DNA of 64,000 nt from Convolutriloba macropyga (lineage: Eukaryota): assembly GCF_964194025.1 (NCBI RefSeq), contig NC_134479.1, forward strand, positions 8,742,001 to 8,806,000, read 5' to 3'. Within the stretch, counting starts at the first letter, position 1. Each line of letters opens with the position of its first letter. This document shows, one piece after another, positions 36,481 through 47,791 of the stretch. Under the pieces are notes generated by a model. That model ran no database searches. It worked only from the letters and a program-made list of their open reading frames with translations, and was not told where the DNA came from. The translations under genes were made by a program, and so were the position numbers.

Positions 36481-38352
36481 AATACATCATATTTTGTCCT
36501 TTAATGTTAAATTAGCTAACCTGTTACTTCTATGATACTTTAAGTTTTTATTTATTGTCAGATGCCATACATTTGGGTCATTTAGAAATATAAGCAATAA
36601 CCACCCGCACCTATGACATCAAAGCGAATAGTGCTGCAACCTGAATTTCATTGTGAAAATTTTGACTTAAATGACTTACTCGATTCATCAATTAGAATCG
36701 AGTAACAACCATATTGTAAACGATATTTACCTGTTTATTCTCTTAAATCGAATTGCTTGATTGGTGCAACAATCTTGTAATCAAAATATGGTTGCATGTT
36801 TGTGCCATGTCTTGCTAGGTCTTAAGATCTTATGAGTTCTAAGTTTTTTTGACGAAAAGGTAGTAACAATACACGCATTTTGCTGAGCTATTAAAAACAT
36901 GAGCACGCGATCGAACATGGATAATCACTAAGGATATTCTTAATATCAATCAAAAAAAATTTTACAGTTCTTTAAAAAAAACCGAGCAACTAATAGTCTT
37001 GACAAGATTGTTACCCAATTTGAACCCAATGAAGAACCAGGCTGGTGTAATGCTCGAGAACCAGGCTGTGTTTTTTCGGTTCGGAGAACTGAACGTCCAA
37101 GCTTTGCAATTTGTTCGATTGAGGAGTAGAATTGAAGAGTCTTGTCAACGAATGATTACACTTTGTAAGATGAAAAATTACAAAATTGAAAGAAAAAGAC
37201 AATATTTTAATACATCTTTCTTATTTTAATCTCAATATAAACATCAGAGAAAAATATTATTTTAGATTTTCAACATGAGAACAGCTATGTTGGAACATCA
37301 AAAAAACCAAAACATCATCGTGAAGAAAACATTCAAAGTGAGGAAGGATTTCTAATTTTTTTACTGCTAAATTTTTGAATTAACATGATGACTACCATTA
37401 CAAGGGTAGCATTTCGATGAAAATATGGAAATGAACTATCGTCTTCTGAAAACCTGTTGTATATTATTCATGCAAAATGTGTACAAATCTTGTCGAGACC
37501 AGATGGTAATCTTGCAAGATTCTGCCAGAATCTTTCGAAAAATGGTTATCTTGTAAGATCTTGCAAGACGAATCGTTATCTTGCAAGATTCTTGCAAAAA
37601 AATAATTTAAAAAAACACCAAAATGTGGCTTTGGGCGAAGAAAAAATAATCCCAATCATTGCGCAAGTGAACACTCAACGAGAAGACAATTGTAATGCAA
37701 ATATCGAAATTTTTAGTTTTAAATCATTTTTTCTATATATGATGGAGCAAAAATTCGACCACCCCAAACCTAGGTTTTTGAGTTCCTGTTGTAGTGTACT
37801 TTCAAACTATTCTTGCAATTTTTCAAAAAATTTAGTTGGGTGCAAGTGAAACTGGAAAGTGTTGAAGGGAGACAAAAGCGGTGAAAATATCCAAAAAAAT
37901 AATATTTTTTAAATCTTTTTTTTCTATATGATGGAGCAAAAAATAACCCCCCAACCTAGGGTTTCGAATTCTTCCTGTAATCTACTTTCAAATGATAATT
38001 ACAATTTTTCAGAGAGATCAGTTGGGTGCCCCTCGGGCTTTTATTAGGAAAAGTACAAAAAGTTTACATTAATGTAAACGTATTTTGAGCTCGACTGCTA
38101 AAAATATATTTTTTTTGACTCATCTGGGATATTATCTGCAGCAAAAGCTGAATAAAATTAGAATAAAAAGAGGCAAATTCGTCTGATTTCGAAGGAATGA
38201 GAATTTTTAGCAGTTTAGCAGCACATTAGAAGCTGTTAGACCCATATATCATTTCCTTACTTGTCTGAGTCAAACAACTGGAGCCTATTCAGGGAGCAAG
38301 ACCTACTTTTTTCTACGGCAAGTTTTGTCCTTCCTGAAGTTATTTTCTGTTA

Positions 38353-38700
38353 CACAGAAGTAACTGCGAAATGTTGTCCAGAAAAACCAAGAAAACCTCC
38401 AAAACTTGCCAAAATGTGCTACAATCAAAGCGTTAATTTTTTTTCTAGCTTTTCCCCAGAAATTAGTGCAAATGAAAAGTTTTTTTTTGGTCTTTTCGAC
38501 AAACCTAACCAATTTTAGACGAAAATGATGTACTTCATTTTCGTCTCAAATTTGTTAGGTTTATCAGAAAGGCCCGAAAAAAAAGTTCATTTGCACACAT
38601 TCAGGGAAAAGCTGGCAAGCAAAATTAACGCTTTGATAGTAGCACAGTTTTGGAGGTTTTCTTGGTTTTTTCTGGACAACGTTTCACAGTTTCTTTTGAG
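38353..38700. repeat. ~350-bp imperfect palindrome (foldback MITE-like) just outside the Polinton left end
   Basis: TTGTCCAGAAAAACCAAGAAAACCTCCAAAAC ... GTTTTGGAGGTTTTCTTGGTTTTTTCTGGACAA; centre GACGAAAATGA-TGTACT-TCATTTTCGTC at ~38530. Confidence 0.8.
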
Positions 38701-38747
38701 AATTCCGTGACTAACTTTTTACTGATGGCGTAATAATTGTTAACGAT

Positions 38748-39300
38748 AGTAGTAAATAATAAGAGCATTAAGAGCGGGGGGGTATTCATGCGATACTAAA
38801 CATGGGAATATAGGGAGTGATCATGAGTGGGTATTCCTAGGATCTAAAATATGTGATTTCAGGGGGTTATGGTGAGAGGGTAATCCTTGTGGTAATTAAA
38901 CATGGGAATATAGGGGATGACACTAATTGGCTCCTTTATGATACTTAAACATGGGAATATAGGGGGTTTTTTAGGTGGGTATTTTTTTTACGATACTTAA
39001 ACATGTGAATATAGAGAGTGATCCCAAGTTGGCATTCCTGGGATCATAAACGTGTGCATATAGGGCCTTATGCTGAGTGGGTAATAAAACGATACTTAAA
39101 CATGGGAATATAGGGGGTTTTTAAATGGGTATTTTTTACGATACTTAAACATGGGAATATAGGGGGTTATTTCAAGTGGGTATTTTCACGATGAATAAAC
39201 ATGGGAATAAATGGGATTATCCTGAGCGGTCATAAAAGTATAGGGGTGGAAAGATGGGGGGGGGAGTTAAATGGGTCACCATTGAAAACCTTAACAGTGG
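38748..39300 (+). repeat. Polinton left terminal inverted repeat
   Basis: Reverse complement of 58773-59330, with about a dozen substitutions plus homopolymer length differences. Confidence 0.95.
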
Positions 39301-41472
39301 TGGTAGTTGTGTGTCAGAGAACTTGGCACGACTACTCATATACGAATAGGGATAGTAGCCTTTCTGTTTTAGCAGCTGAATATTTTCACCCGAGAACGTC
39401 GGAAACATTGACTTCATTATTTCAAATTGATTCGCCGGGAGTATTTCCACGAGTTTTTCAAGTGAGCTATTCATCATTTTGAAGGAGTCGATGAACCGTA
39501 GATATTCTTACACCTTCACCGTTGTCCCTTTTTCGTTAACAAATGTGTCAAATGTGTCAAAATTGAGCACACCAAAGGTCATAGATATATATTTTTCGTC
39601 CGTGGCTGGTATGACGCTGACAGTCGTTGTTGGTTCACAGTTGTTCAGAGCTAGGCAAATGTGGTGTAGGTCATAATTTTGTATGTTATGACCTACGACA
39701 GGAATGAAATTGATGTTTCTCCTTGCTCGGTTGCACTTTTCATGTGCCCACGCGAGAAATTTGCCACTATAGTGACAATGGTCTAAGTCAATCGAGTTTT
39801 CTGGGTCTTCGACTTCCGAAAACGGTTTCTCACAAATCCAGCATTGTGTAGCTTGAGATTTGTCCAAACTTTGCCTTCGCCTGTCGCCTTTGAAAAACGG
39901 ATATTTTCTCTTTTGCTTGTTGATATCTCTTGCAAGCTTGTGTAGCACTTACACAAAATTAGCCATACAGTCCTCAGAACTGTCAACTTGGTAAAAAATT
40001 GCTTTGCTGGAGTGGTGATCAATTACTGTTATCGCAAACCCACACGGTTCATGAATCTCCTTTACTTGTGTAAATGCTCTGCTACTAGGTCCTTTGCATC
40101 CTGACACGGGTCTAAGAAATGACTCAAAGTCGAAATATATTACTAAAGGTAAGAACCAAGTTGCAGAGAGGTTTGTAAATTTGTATGAATTTTGATCGCT
40201 TGAAGGCATGTGAATAACTGCGGGAGCGTTGTTGCCACAGTTAGTCATGTGCACATTGTAACTTTCGAGGCCGTCTCGACATATCCAAAAGCAATTTCGA
40301 CAGATCCGATAACAATAACGAAAGTCAATACGTCGTACGTAGCAAACGACTTTTACAAGGTGAGTAATCAGTACATAGTGGTGATGATCGTGATCATACA
40401 ACAAAAGTAGATCCATTACAAATTCAGATTCGTATGATGAAATTTTAAGAGGAAAAAGTTGCCCGTTTTCGTAGCCAAACACATTAACTTGAACATCATT
40501 CAATTTTTCGAATTCGGGAATATCTTCAAAGCCCATAGGCATATCGAATTCACCTAATGGTTGATGAATTCCCGGTTGATTGTAAGTGGTCGGGGATGTT
40601 TTGGCAGTTTGGTAGTTCTGATCAACTCTGTCCAGACTTACTCCATGATGTAGATGATATGCTGCTACATAGCAATATCTGAAGCACTGCTGGTCTTTTT
40701 GATTTCTACTGTTGAGCAGACCGCGACAATTGGCAATTTTAGTTGGCAGTGCAATATAGGACGAGCCGCGAATTGGTCTGAAACGTGCGAATTTCACATC
40801 TACTTTCAGCACTTTTTCCAGTACCCATCCACTACCCATCGAAGCAAATGTCGTTAATACTCTCATCATTTTTTCGACCATTCCCCAGTAGGCTGCAATC
40901 GTGAGACCGTTTGCGTAGACTGGAGTCATAAGTGAGTTGGCGTATATTTCGATGCGCTCATCTTCTGCATTATCAGGCTGGTCATTATGGTACTTTATCA
41001 GCTGTAGTTTTGCACACAACTGGACCTTCTGTGGCCCATGGCATAACTGCTCATTTATGAGGCTATCGATTTTGGGTTTTTGAGCACGCATGAAGTTTTC
41101 AAGATCACGTGCTTCATCTGCGTCAGTTGTTTCAAACGTTCGCAAGAGGCCGTTGAACGCACTTTCCGTTGGCGTATCTCTTGGTTCGAACTCTTCGCCA
41201 AATACGGGTAGAGAGTGCACAGAGTTCATATGCTGAGCATACAAGTGAGAGTCATTAAACCCAAGATGGCAACTGCGGCAACAGTTGGTGAATCGCGAGT
41301 GTTCGGTCCTCATATGCTGCTCGAGATTCGAGATTTTTCGCGAAGTAAATTCGCATAATGAACACTGGTTTGTGGGTAAACCAAGTTCATCCGGGTGGAA
41401 TTGATGTTCATGTCTAGTCCGATTGCTAGCTGTACTGAGTGAAGAATCGCAATAACGGCAAGGGTACACCAT
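39301..41472 (-). pseudogene. polB: Protein-primed family B DNA polymerase, N-terminal half only (3 C2H2 fingers, exonuclease with EndoVII-like insert); two in-frame stops and 3' truncation
   Basis: CRYC..H..H, CSLC..H..H, CRSC..H..H; GSSYIALP; VIYFDFES (ExoI); CWIC...DHCH.SG...AHEKCN; HNIQNYD (ExoII); LRFIDSF; KGYYPYSY. TAA at 39949-51 and 39508-10 are in frame. Confidence 0.92.
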
Positions 41473-43251
41473 TTTTAACTTGAGTAGCAACGAAAGCTTT
41501 AGCTTGAGTAATAACAATTCAACTTGAGAAACGAAAGAACAGAAAATGGTTTCTCGGTTTTTCCGAAGCGTAGACCATGGATTGTTTTGCGCACCAATTT
41601 TGAAATTTTAAAAAACTGCAACCTGATTGGTCGGTTTTGGCGGGCTTATTTTATTTCGAATTTTTTGTATAATTTTATATTTTAAAGCTAAATTTTTTCA
41701 ATTTATTTCTCTAGATACCGTGAGAATAGGTGAGTGAGCAACTGACCGACAGAATGCGATGACTTTTTAATGCAAAAAATGTAATTGGTTTGCAATTAAA
41801 CATGTTCAATTTTGAATAAAACCCCACATGAGGGCGTTGTTTGACTACTGTCTGAAATGTTATAGCAACGCTACGCAAAAGTTGTGGGAATCAAAAATGC
41901 TTGTGGCGCCATGAAACCTAGGACCCCGTTGAAAAAACTGCTCCAGCATCATCAGAAAAAAAGTTAGTTTTTTCTGTCAATCAAGTCGTAAATTGTCAAA
42001 ACATGACAATTACATGACAGTTACACATGTTTTTTCTTTAAAAGCATTTTTCGATGACAGGTCTCAGAATAGAACTTCACATGATGCCGCCGGGGATTGC
42101 AAAACTGCAAAAAACGGGGTTCTAACTCCTTTTTATCAGGTAGTTGGTGTTCTAATTAATGCCAGATGTTAATGGGACATGAATGGCCAAATGTTTTGGA
42201 AATCGGTGAAGGAGCAGTTTTCCGACCTCGATGCTTATGAGCAAACTTGTCAAGCATAGCGAGGGCATTACAAATCTGCAAAAAAATTTTCAATTTTTTT
42301 TTAGTTTATTAGTAATTTGGCTAATTAAGCGCTAATTAGCTCCTAATTAAGGGCTAATTAACTCATTAATTATGTCTAAATTTGACGAGTGTGATGATAG
42401 TTTTTGTAGCTCATTGTCTGCGGATGCCACTGAAACACTCCTTTTCATCCCAACTATTTTTCGGAGCCCACTTTTTTGGGGTCAAAGGTCACTGTTAATA
42501 TGTTAAAAAACAGCAAAAAATCGCGTTTTTTAATGTTTTTCTCAAAAAAATTTTCACAAACATATTCTTTTTTACCATCGGAACAGCCGGTTGGCAATTA
42601 GTTGATGATACCACATCCTTCTTCTACCGTGTTTTCGATTGTTTTACTTGTCATTTGATGTATAAATAGTACAATTTCAAAGTTTTCACCTAAATTTTAC
42701 ATTTTTTCGGCACTTTTAAGTTACTTTTACTGCCTCTCTGTGTTTTTTTTTACAAAACGAGCGAGTAGTATTGTTACGTTTTACAACATGACACCTAACC
42801 ATCCATCTACACACATTTTGAAAAATCTTATGACAATTTGTTGGTTTTTCATTCCAAGAAATTTTGATTTTTTTGTGATTTTTTTAAATTTAGTTTTACA
42901 ATAGTGCTTATTAGGGACAAGTTGATAGTATTAGTTGCTATTCAACACAGCAGCCGAAGAACTCTTTGCAATGAATTGAGTAACCAGGAAAACAGTAGTA
43001 AAGATTTTGTTTTTCGTGGTTTATGTAATATGCTGAAGCAACTAATTCCTACTGTTTTACGTTGAATAACTTTGTAAAATCCAATTCAAAGCACTCTATG
43101 AAGGAGTATAATTAAACAAAAGTTGATACTTGATTTTTAAACGTGATTTTCATTGGCTAAGTTTCTAGGTGCCTGCTTATGGGATAATTCAAAAGACAGA
43201 ACAAGTTCAAAAATGTTCAATTTTAGAAAAACTGAAATCTTTGCAAATTTT

Positions 43252-43975
43252 TCATGTATAAACACCAAATAAACGCTTACATATAATTACACAAAAGAAA
43301 TAAATTATGGGAAGCTCTAAAATGAAGCAGAGAAAGTGATGCTGATAAAAAGTTAAGTCTTCAAAAAGCACCGAGAGATTAAAATCCGACTTTCTTTTTT
43401 TAGGTGCTCTGCATACTTTTGGCGTCTCCAAATTGTTTGGAGTGATAGTCTTATCTTCTCCATCGCTCTCTGGAACTGGTGTTTTTGGTGATTCAAAGTT
43501 TGCCTCTGAAAGCATTATAGTATCGGGTGTTTCTTGGCTTGTCGTTCCAATTCCAAATATCCAAGAAACTTGATCTCTACTGAGTGCTGCGAAAATTGAC
43601 GGGCTTGAGCTCTGAGGCGTTGTTGTAGCGCTAGGGTCACTCAGTGGAGTTGTTGGTAAGCTTTACCCTGAAGAACTTGTTGGTGATGTAGGCGATAATT
43701 GAATGCCCCAAAGACTGGCTAAATTGTCACGAGCATCTTGAGCTCCAAGTTGGTTTTCGAATAGTGGCACACAATCGCAATCATAATGGAAGAGAAGTTG
43801 CTTTGTCTCATCGGTTAATGTTGCAATGTCTTGCGGCTCACACGATTGCAGTTGTTGTGGAGGCACTAGACCACCAGAAGTTTTTATACTCCCATGGGCA
43901 GGTAAGTTTTTTCCCGGCAAATTGGCAACAAAATCGATAATTGGTTTTGGTATAATGAAGCGGTCTGATGTAATT
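43252..43975 (-). pseudogene. Polinton accessory Ser/Thr/Pro-rich protein with an NLS-like PKKRK; one in-frame stop
   Basis: ORFs 43663-43920 and 43252-43515 are in the same frame and are joined by an open S/T/P-rich stretch after the TAA at 43663-65. Confidence 0.5.
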
Positions 43976-44762
43976 CAATTTTTCTAAGAAAAGTCTTTAT
44001 ACTGTTGAATAAAAACAACATAATTTTCGTACATAGTCTGATATACTAAAGTACTAAAGTCCTTTGCCAGGACTCTTCAGAATCAGAGAGCAAATAAAAA
44101 GACATTCTGAAATTTTAAAATTTCAAAAATTGTTCAAGCAAGCAATCGAGATCAGATAAAGAAAGAGATTGAAAGATAGAGAGCAACTAATGCTTCAGAG
44201 GAAAATAGTCGTAGTTGTTAAAACTAATTTGATTTTATGGTTCAGGCACTCCCTTGGGTCACAATTGTTTTCAATCCACTAACTAAGATTTTGATCGCTT
44301 GCATATTACCCACAGGAAGACAATTTTATTAAAGCTAGCTGTTATCAGTGCACCAGACCAATGTTTAACGACATATATTTATATGTCCCATGTTTAGTTT
44401 TAAGCTGTTTTATGCACACAACTTTTCTACATTTAGTTTTCCTTTTATTGCCCTCTTTTCCTAGTGTGTATATATATTCCTATCAATTTGATCTCTGACC
44501 TTAATTGTAATAAAGTTTCATGGACCCAACATGTTTTACTGCACGTGTTAATATATAAACAAACAAACACGTGCTTTATAGAATAGTAGTTTTCTACATG
44601 TTCAGTGTTCCTTTTGCCCAGATTTTCTGACACGTGTTTTATGTCTTCTTATCAATTTGATCTTTGAACTCTCTCTGCAATAAAATTCCATGGACCACGC
44701 ACGTGATAATAATTGAACAAACATGTGTTTTACAGAACGGTTTCCTAGTTAAAATGAATTAA

Positions 44763-44797
44763 CAGACTCAAGTACGTCGCTGGCGTACTTGAGTCTG
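44763..44797. promoter_or_regulatory. Perfect 14-bp-stem hairpin in the divergent intergenic region of the Polinton
   Basis: CAGACTCAAGTACG-TCGCTGG-CGTACTTGAGTCTG. The structure is seen directly; its function is unknown. Confidence 0.6.
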
Positions 44798-44966
44798 CAT
44801 TTTCACACATGTAAACCTGTTTGCAATTAAAGACAGAGACGACACTTGTTTAATCCAAGCTTGCCGCGCCACTTTGGTGTGAGTGTTTCTTCGAGGTGGT
44901 CTGTTAAATTTTATATCGCATTTCAAAAGAACCTGTTATCAGTATAACCAAAGACTAAGTTGAAAT

Positions 44967-45287
44967 ATGCCGCTTTCTGCCAGAAAAGATTCTGAGTTTG
45001 GGGATAGTTATTATGATATTTCAAAGACGGAAAAACGTCTAATCAGGGCCACCATGAAAACTTATGAGAAGACTGGAACGTATGTGTTTCTGAAACTATT
45101 CAAGAAAGTTGACGACGATTACGAATTTCAATAGCGGCTGTCACTGACTACCGCAGAATTTGATAAACTTATTAAAAAAGCGCCAAAAAATAGGGAAACT
45201 TTTCCACTCAGTTCACAAGAAGCTGAATCAAAATCGAAGACTGACGGACCTTCTCCTGCTAAGAAAACAAAATTTAGCGCAACATAA
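44967..45287 (+). pseudogene. PC4-like ssDNA-binding protein (106 codons, TAG at codon 56); absent from the ORF track
   Basis: MPLSARKDSEFGDSYYDISKTEKRLIRATMKTYEKTGTYVFLKLFKKVDDDYEFQ*RLSLTTAEFDKLIKK...PAKKTKFSAT. The strand pattern and the xSLxxxEFxxL helix resemble PC4. Confidence 0.55.
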
Positions 45288-45292
45288 AAGTC

Positions 45293-46015
45293 ATGGTTGA
45301 GGCAATGTTTGAGCGTTCACATAGTTACTTCAAACAGTTTCATAAACAGTTTAAATTTTTAGTCACTAATGAAAAAATTAACTGGTCAAGCGTGAAAAAT
45401 TTTGCAGTGTGTTCCCATTTCGATTCAGAATTTTGTCAGTTGACAACAACGACATCTACTAACCATTTTCATGTTCTGATAGATACATCAGAAGCAGCAA
45501 CATTTTACGATGACATTTTCAAACGAAACAAGGCTTTCCCCGTATCTTGTCTTTTCACAACTTTTCGATACTTGTTTTCATCAGCAGTGGATTTGGAGAC
45601 AAAAGGCGATGTCTTTTTTAAATTGAAGTTAGCGGTTGATTTCAACATTAGGAACGAAGAAAAACCTGAGTCTGCAGCAGTGCGGAAGCGTTTACCAGCA
45701 ATTGTTACTTTATCACAACAGCTACAAACAAAAACTGCTGGGAACTCAAACAAAAATAATGCAAATATTGTGAAGTCAGTGAAAACAACGGTGGCGCAGA
45801 AGTCAGAACACAACATGATTTTGCCGGGCAAGCAAACTCAAACAGACAATTTCAGTAGTAAAACTTTGCGTAGATTTGAATCAATTTTAACTGGTCCTCA
45901 TTCTGGTGCTTTTTGTCGGATTATGGATATTTTTGAGAGTGGTTATGGAAAGTTGAATATTGATACTGATTTGTTGTTCATTCGTTTTGTGTATGAAGAA
46001 AAAATTAAATTTTGA
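45293..46015 (+). CDS. Intact 240-aa Polinton accessory protein; N-terminal HUH/Rep-like motifs and a KQTQTD motif
   Basis: Uninterrupted ORF. FKFLVTN, NHFHVLID and FRYLFS occur in the order of RCR motifs I, II and III. The ORF is likely real; the functional call is tentative. Confidence 0.6.
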   Translation: MVEAMFERSHSYFKQFHKQFKFLVTNEKINWSSVKNFAVCSHFDSEFCQLTTTTSTNHFHVLIDTSEAATFYDDIFKRNKAFPVSCLFTTFRYLFSSAVDLETKGDVFFKLKLAVDFNIRNEEKPESAAVRKRLPAIVTLSQQLQTKTAGNSNKNNANIVKSVKTTVAQKSEHNMILPGKQTQTDNFSSKTLRRFESILTGPHSGAFCRIMDIFESGYGKLNIDTDLLFIRFVYEEKIKF

Positions 46016-46047
46016 AAAAATTGAATTTCATTCAAACATTAGTAGTG

Positions 46048-46482
46048 TTAGGTCATCATCATATGAAGAGCAAACCGTATGAAATCATTATCACTACATT
46101 TAACAATGGGCTGAAAACTGAAAATAAGATGAGCAATATAAATACAAAAAAGTCCACATAGTTGTGAGTCTCGACTTTGTATGGGCTGGTTTTCTAGAAC
46201 TTGACATAGCTGAACATCTCCTTGGGTAGAAACCAGTCTTCGATATACATCCTTATAGAACAAAATTGGTTGCCCCAGAGGATCGGCAAAAATCAAATTC
46301 TTGTTTTTGACGCATAATAGGAGCCAATGTATTCCAGCATTGTCAGACGTTGATGCATCGACTATTATAAATGAATTTGGTTGCAAAATTTAATGGAAAT
46401 TATTTGCTGCAAAGACACCCAGAAATTTGTGCTTCAGTAGCTTGCAGCGCTGTATTAAATCACTTACTTCGTCTTCGTTCAT
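46048..46482 (-). pseudogene. Adenain-like cysteine (virion maturation) protease
   Basis: FLGVFAA, GIHW, FADPLG, QPIQ...CGLFC (H/D/Q/C). The ATG at 46482 overlaps the MCP stop. In-frame TAA at 46390-92. Confidence 0.88.
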
Positions 46483-47791
46483 TAATTTGTCAATATATGG
46501 TTTTTCGACACACGTCGTGCACTGTCAACGTAAATTGTACTTGTTTTTTCGCCAATTATAAAAATTTCAATATTGTTTGGAAGAGCCGCTGAGAACTTCA
46601 GTTCCACGGTTATTGAACTGTTTGTCAGCTCCGGCTGAATAAAATCATGGGAAGCCTGTTGCGTGCTGGTAAGGTGAAAAACCATAAGGAAATGGCTGGG
46701 ATACTCGCTCAGTTTAATTCCATGACCGTTGTCAATATAAGCCAAGTCGGATATTGTGTTAAAACAGAGAAGTTTATCGTCATCTGTTGATATTGGACTA
46801 TCCGCTACAGGCAGTCCGTTGCGATAAATATATATTTGTTCGAGGCCAAATTTCCGATAATGAAACGGGTTGTGCCTGTTATTGCCTAAGAAAGCTTCGT
46901 TAGTGTTTAAACAAGTTGCAAGTCTGCGAATTGGTTCCCGCGAGAAACTATCCTCTTGCTTCCAACTATGGAGACAAGCTGAAGCCAAAAACGTTTTTGT
47001 TATGGTTTCGAAGTAGGGATAAGATGCAGGACTACTTAACAAGGTTTTTTCAATGGCTGACATAACGTCATCATTTAGCGTCATCTTGCGGACATACAAA
47101 TTGGCCTCTAAATATTCGACTTTGTAGTGTTTTGCAGGGTCATCGGACATGATGACAAAATCATCAATAGAGCGTCTGAAAGCAATGCGAAGCGTAACAC
47201 CGCTAAGCAGATGTCGATCACAGGTGAAGAAGTCAACGGCAACTTTTCCATAAATAGCGCATTCGGCTGATTTTTTAACTAATTCTTTTCTCCTGTCAAT
47301 TTCTGTTGTCGCTAACGAACCCGGGTTCTCTTCGAATGAGTAGCCTTGACATGCTAGCCATGTGTTTTTTGCGTCCTTGTTGTGTGAAAATTCGGTCTCG
47401 ATAAAACTTTTATGCGCATAGTTCCCGTTGGCATTTGATATTTTTAGTCCATTAGCAGATACCGTACAATCAGAAAATAATGAATGTAACACATCGTTGA
47501 AAAAGTATGGAGCATCCGTTTTGCTTTGTCAGTAGGAGCTCCTGCATCATATTTCAAATCAGCTCCAGACGACTGAACAATTTTACATTTGATTTCGAGA
47601 AAAATTTTTTGTAAATCTATAAAATTGTTTCGATCACCAGAGACTTCAAACTCTAACATAGGTCCATTTGGACTGTAGACAGGCCCCAATTTTTGGCAAA
47701 AACTTCCATCAAACGTTACTAAGAGAGCTGGTTTTTCAAATAAATCCAGAGAACTGTGAGTTGCTTCTCTTGGCAACAAATTAGCGATCAT
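46482..47791 (-). pseudogene. Double jelly-roll major capsid protein, frameshifted near 47520
   Basis: N-terminus SSLDLF...LEFEVSGDRNNFIDL in ORF 47444-48217 continues as LHSLFSDCTVSANG, YAHKSFIET, LYVRK, NPFHY, ELKFSAALP in ORF 46482-47492. Confidence 0.88.

Noticed and set aside
38790-39250. Repeat-spacer pattern resembling CRISPR
   Set aside because: Intervening sequences are related to each other and the block is mirrored at the other end; it is TIR substructure
41520-43250. Possible nested insertion in the Polinton non-coding region
   Set aside because: I could not define termini or a TSD; left unannotated
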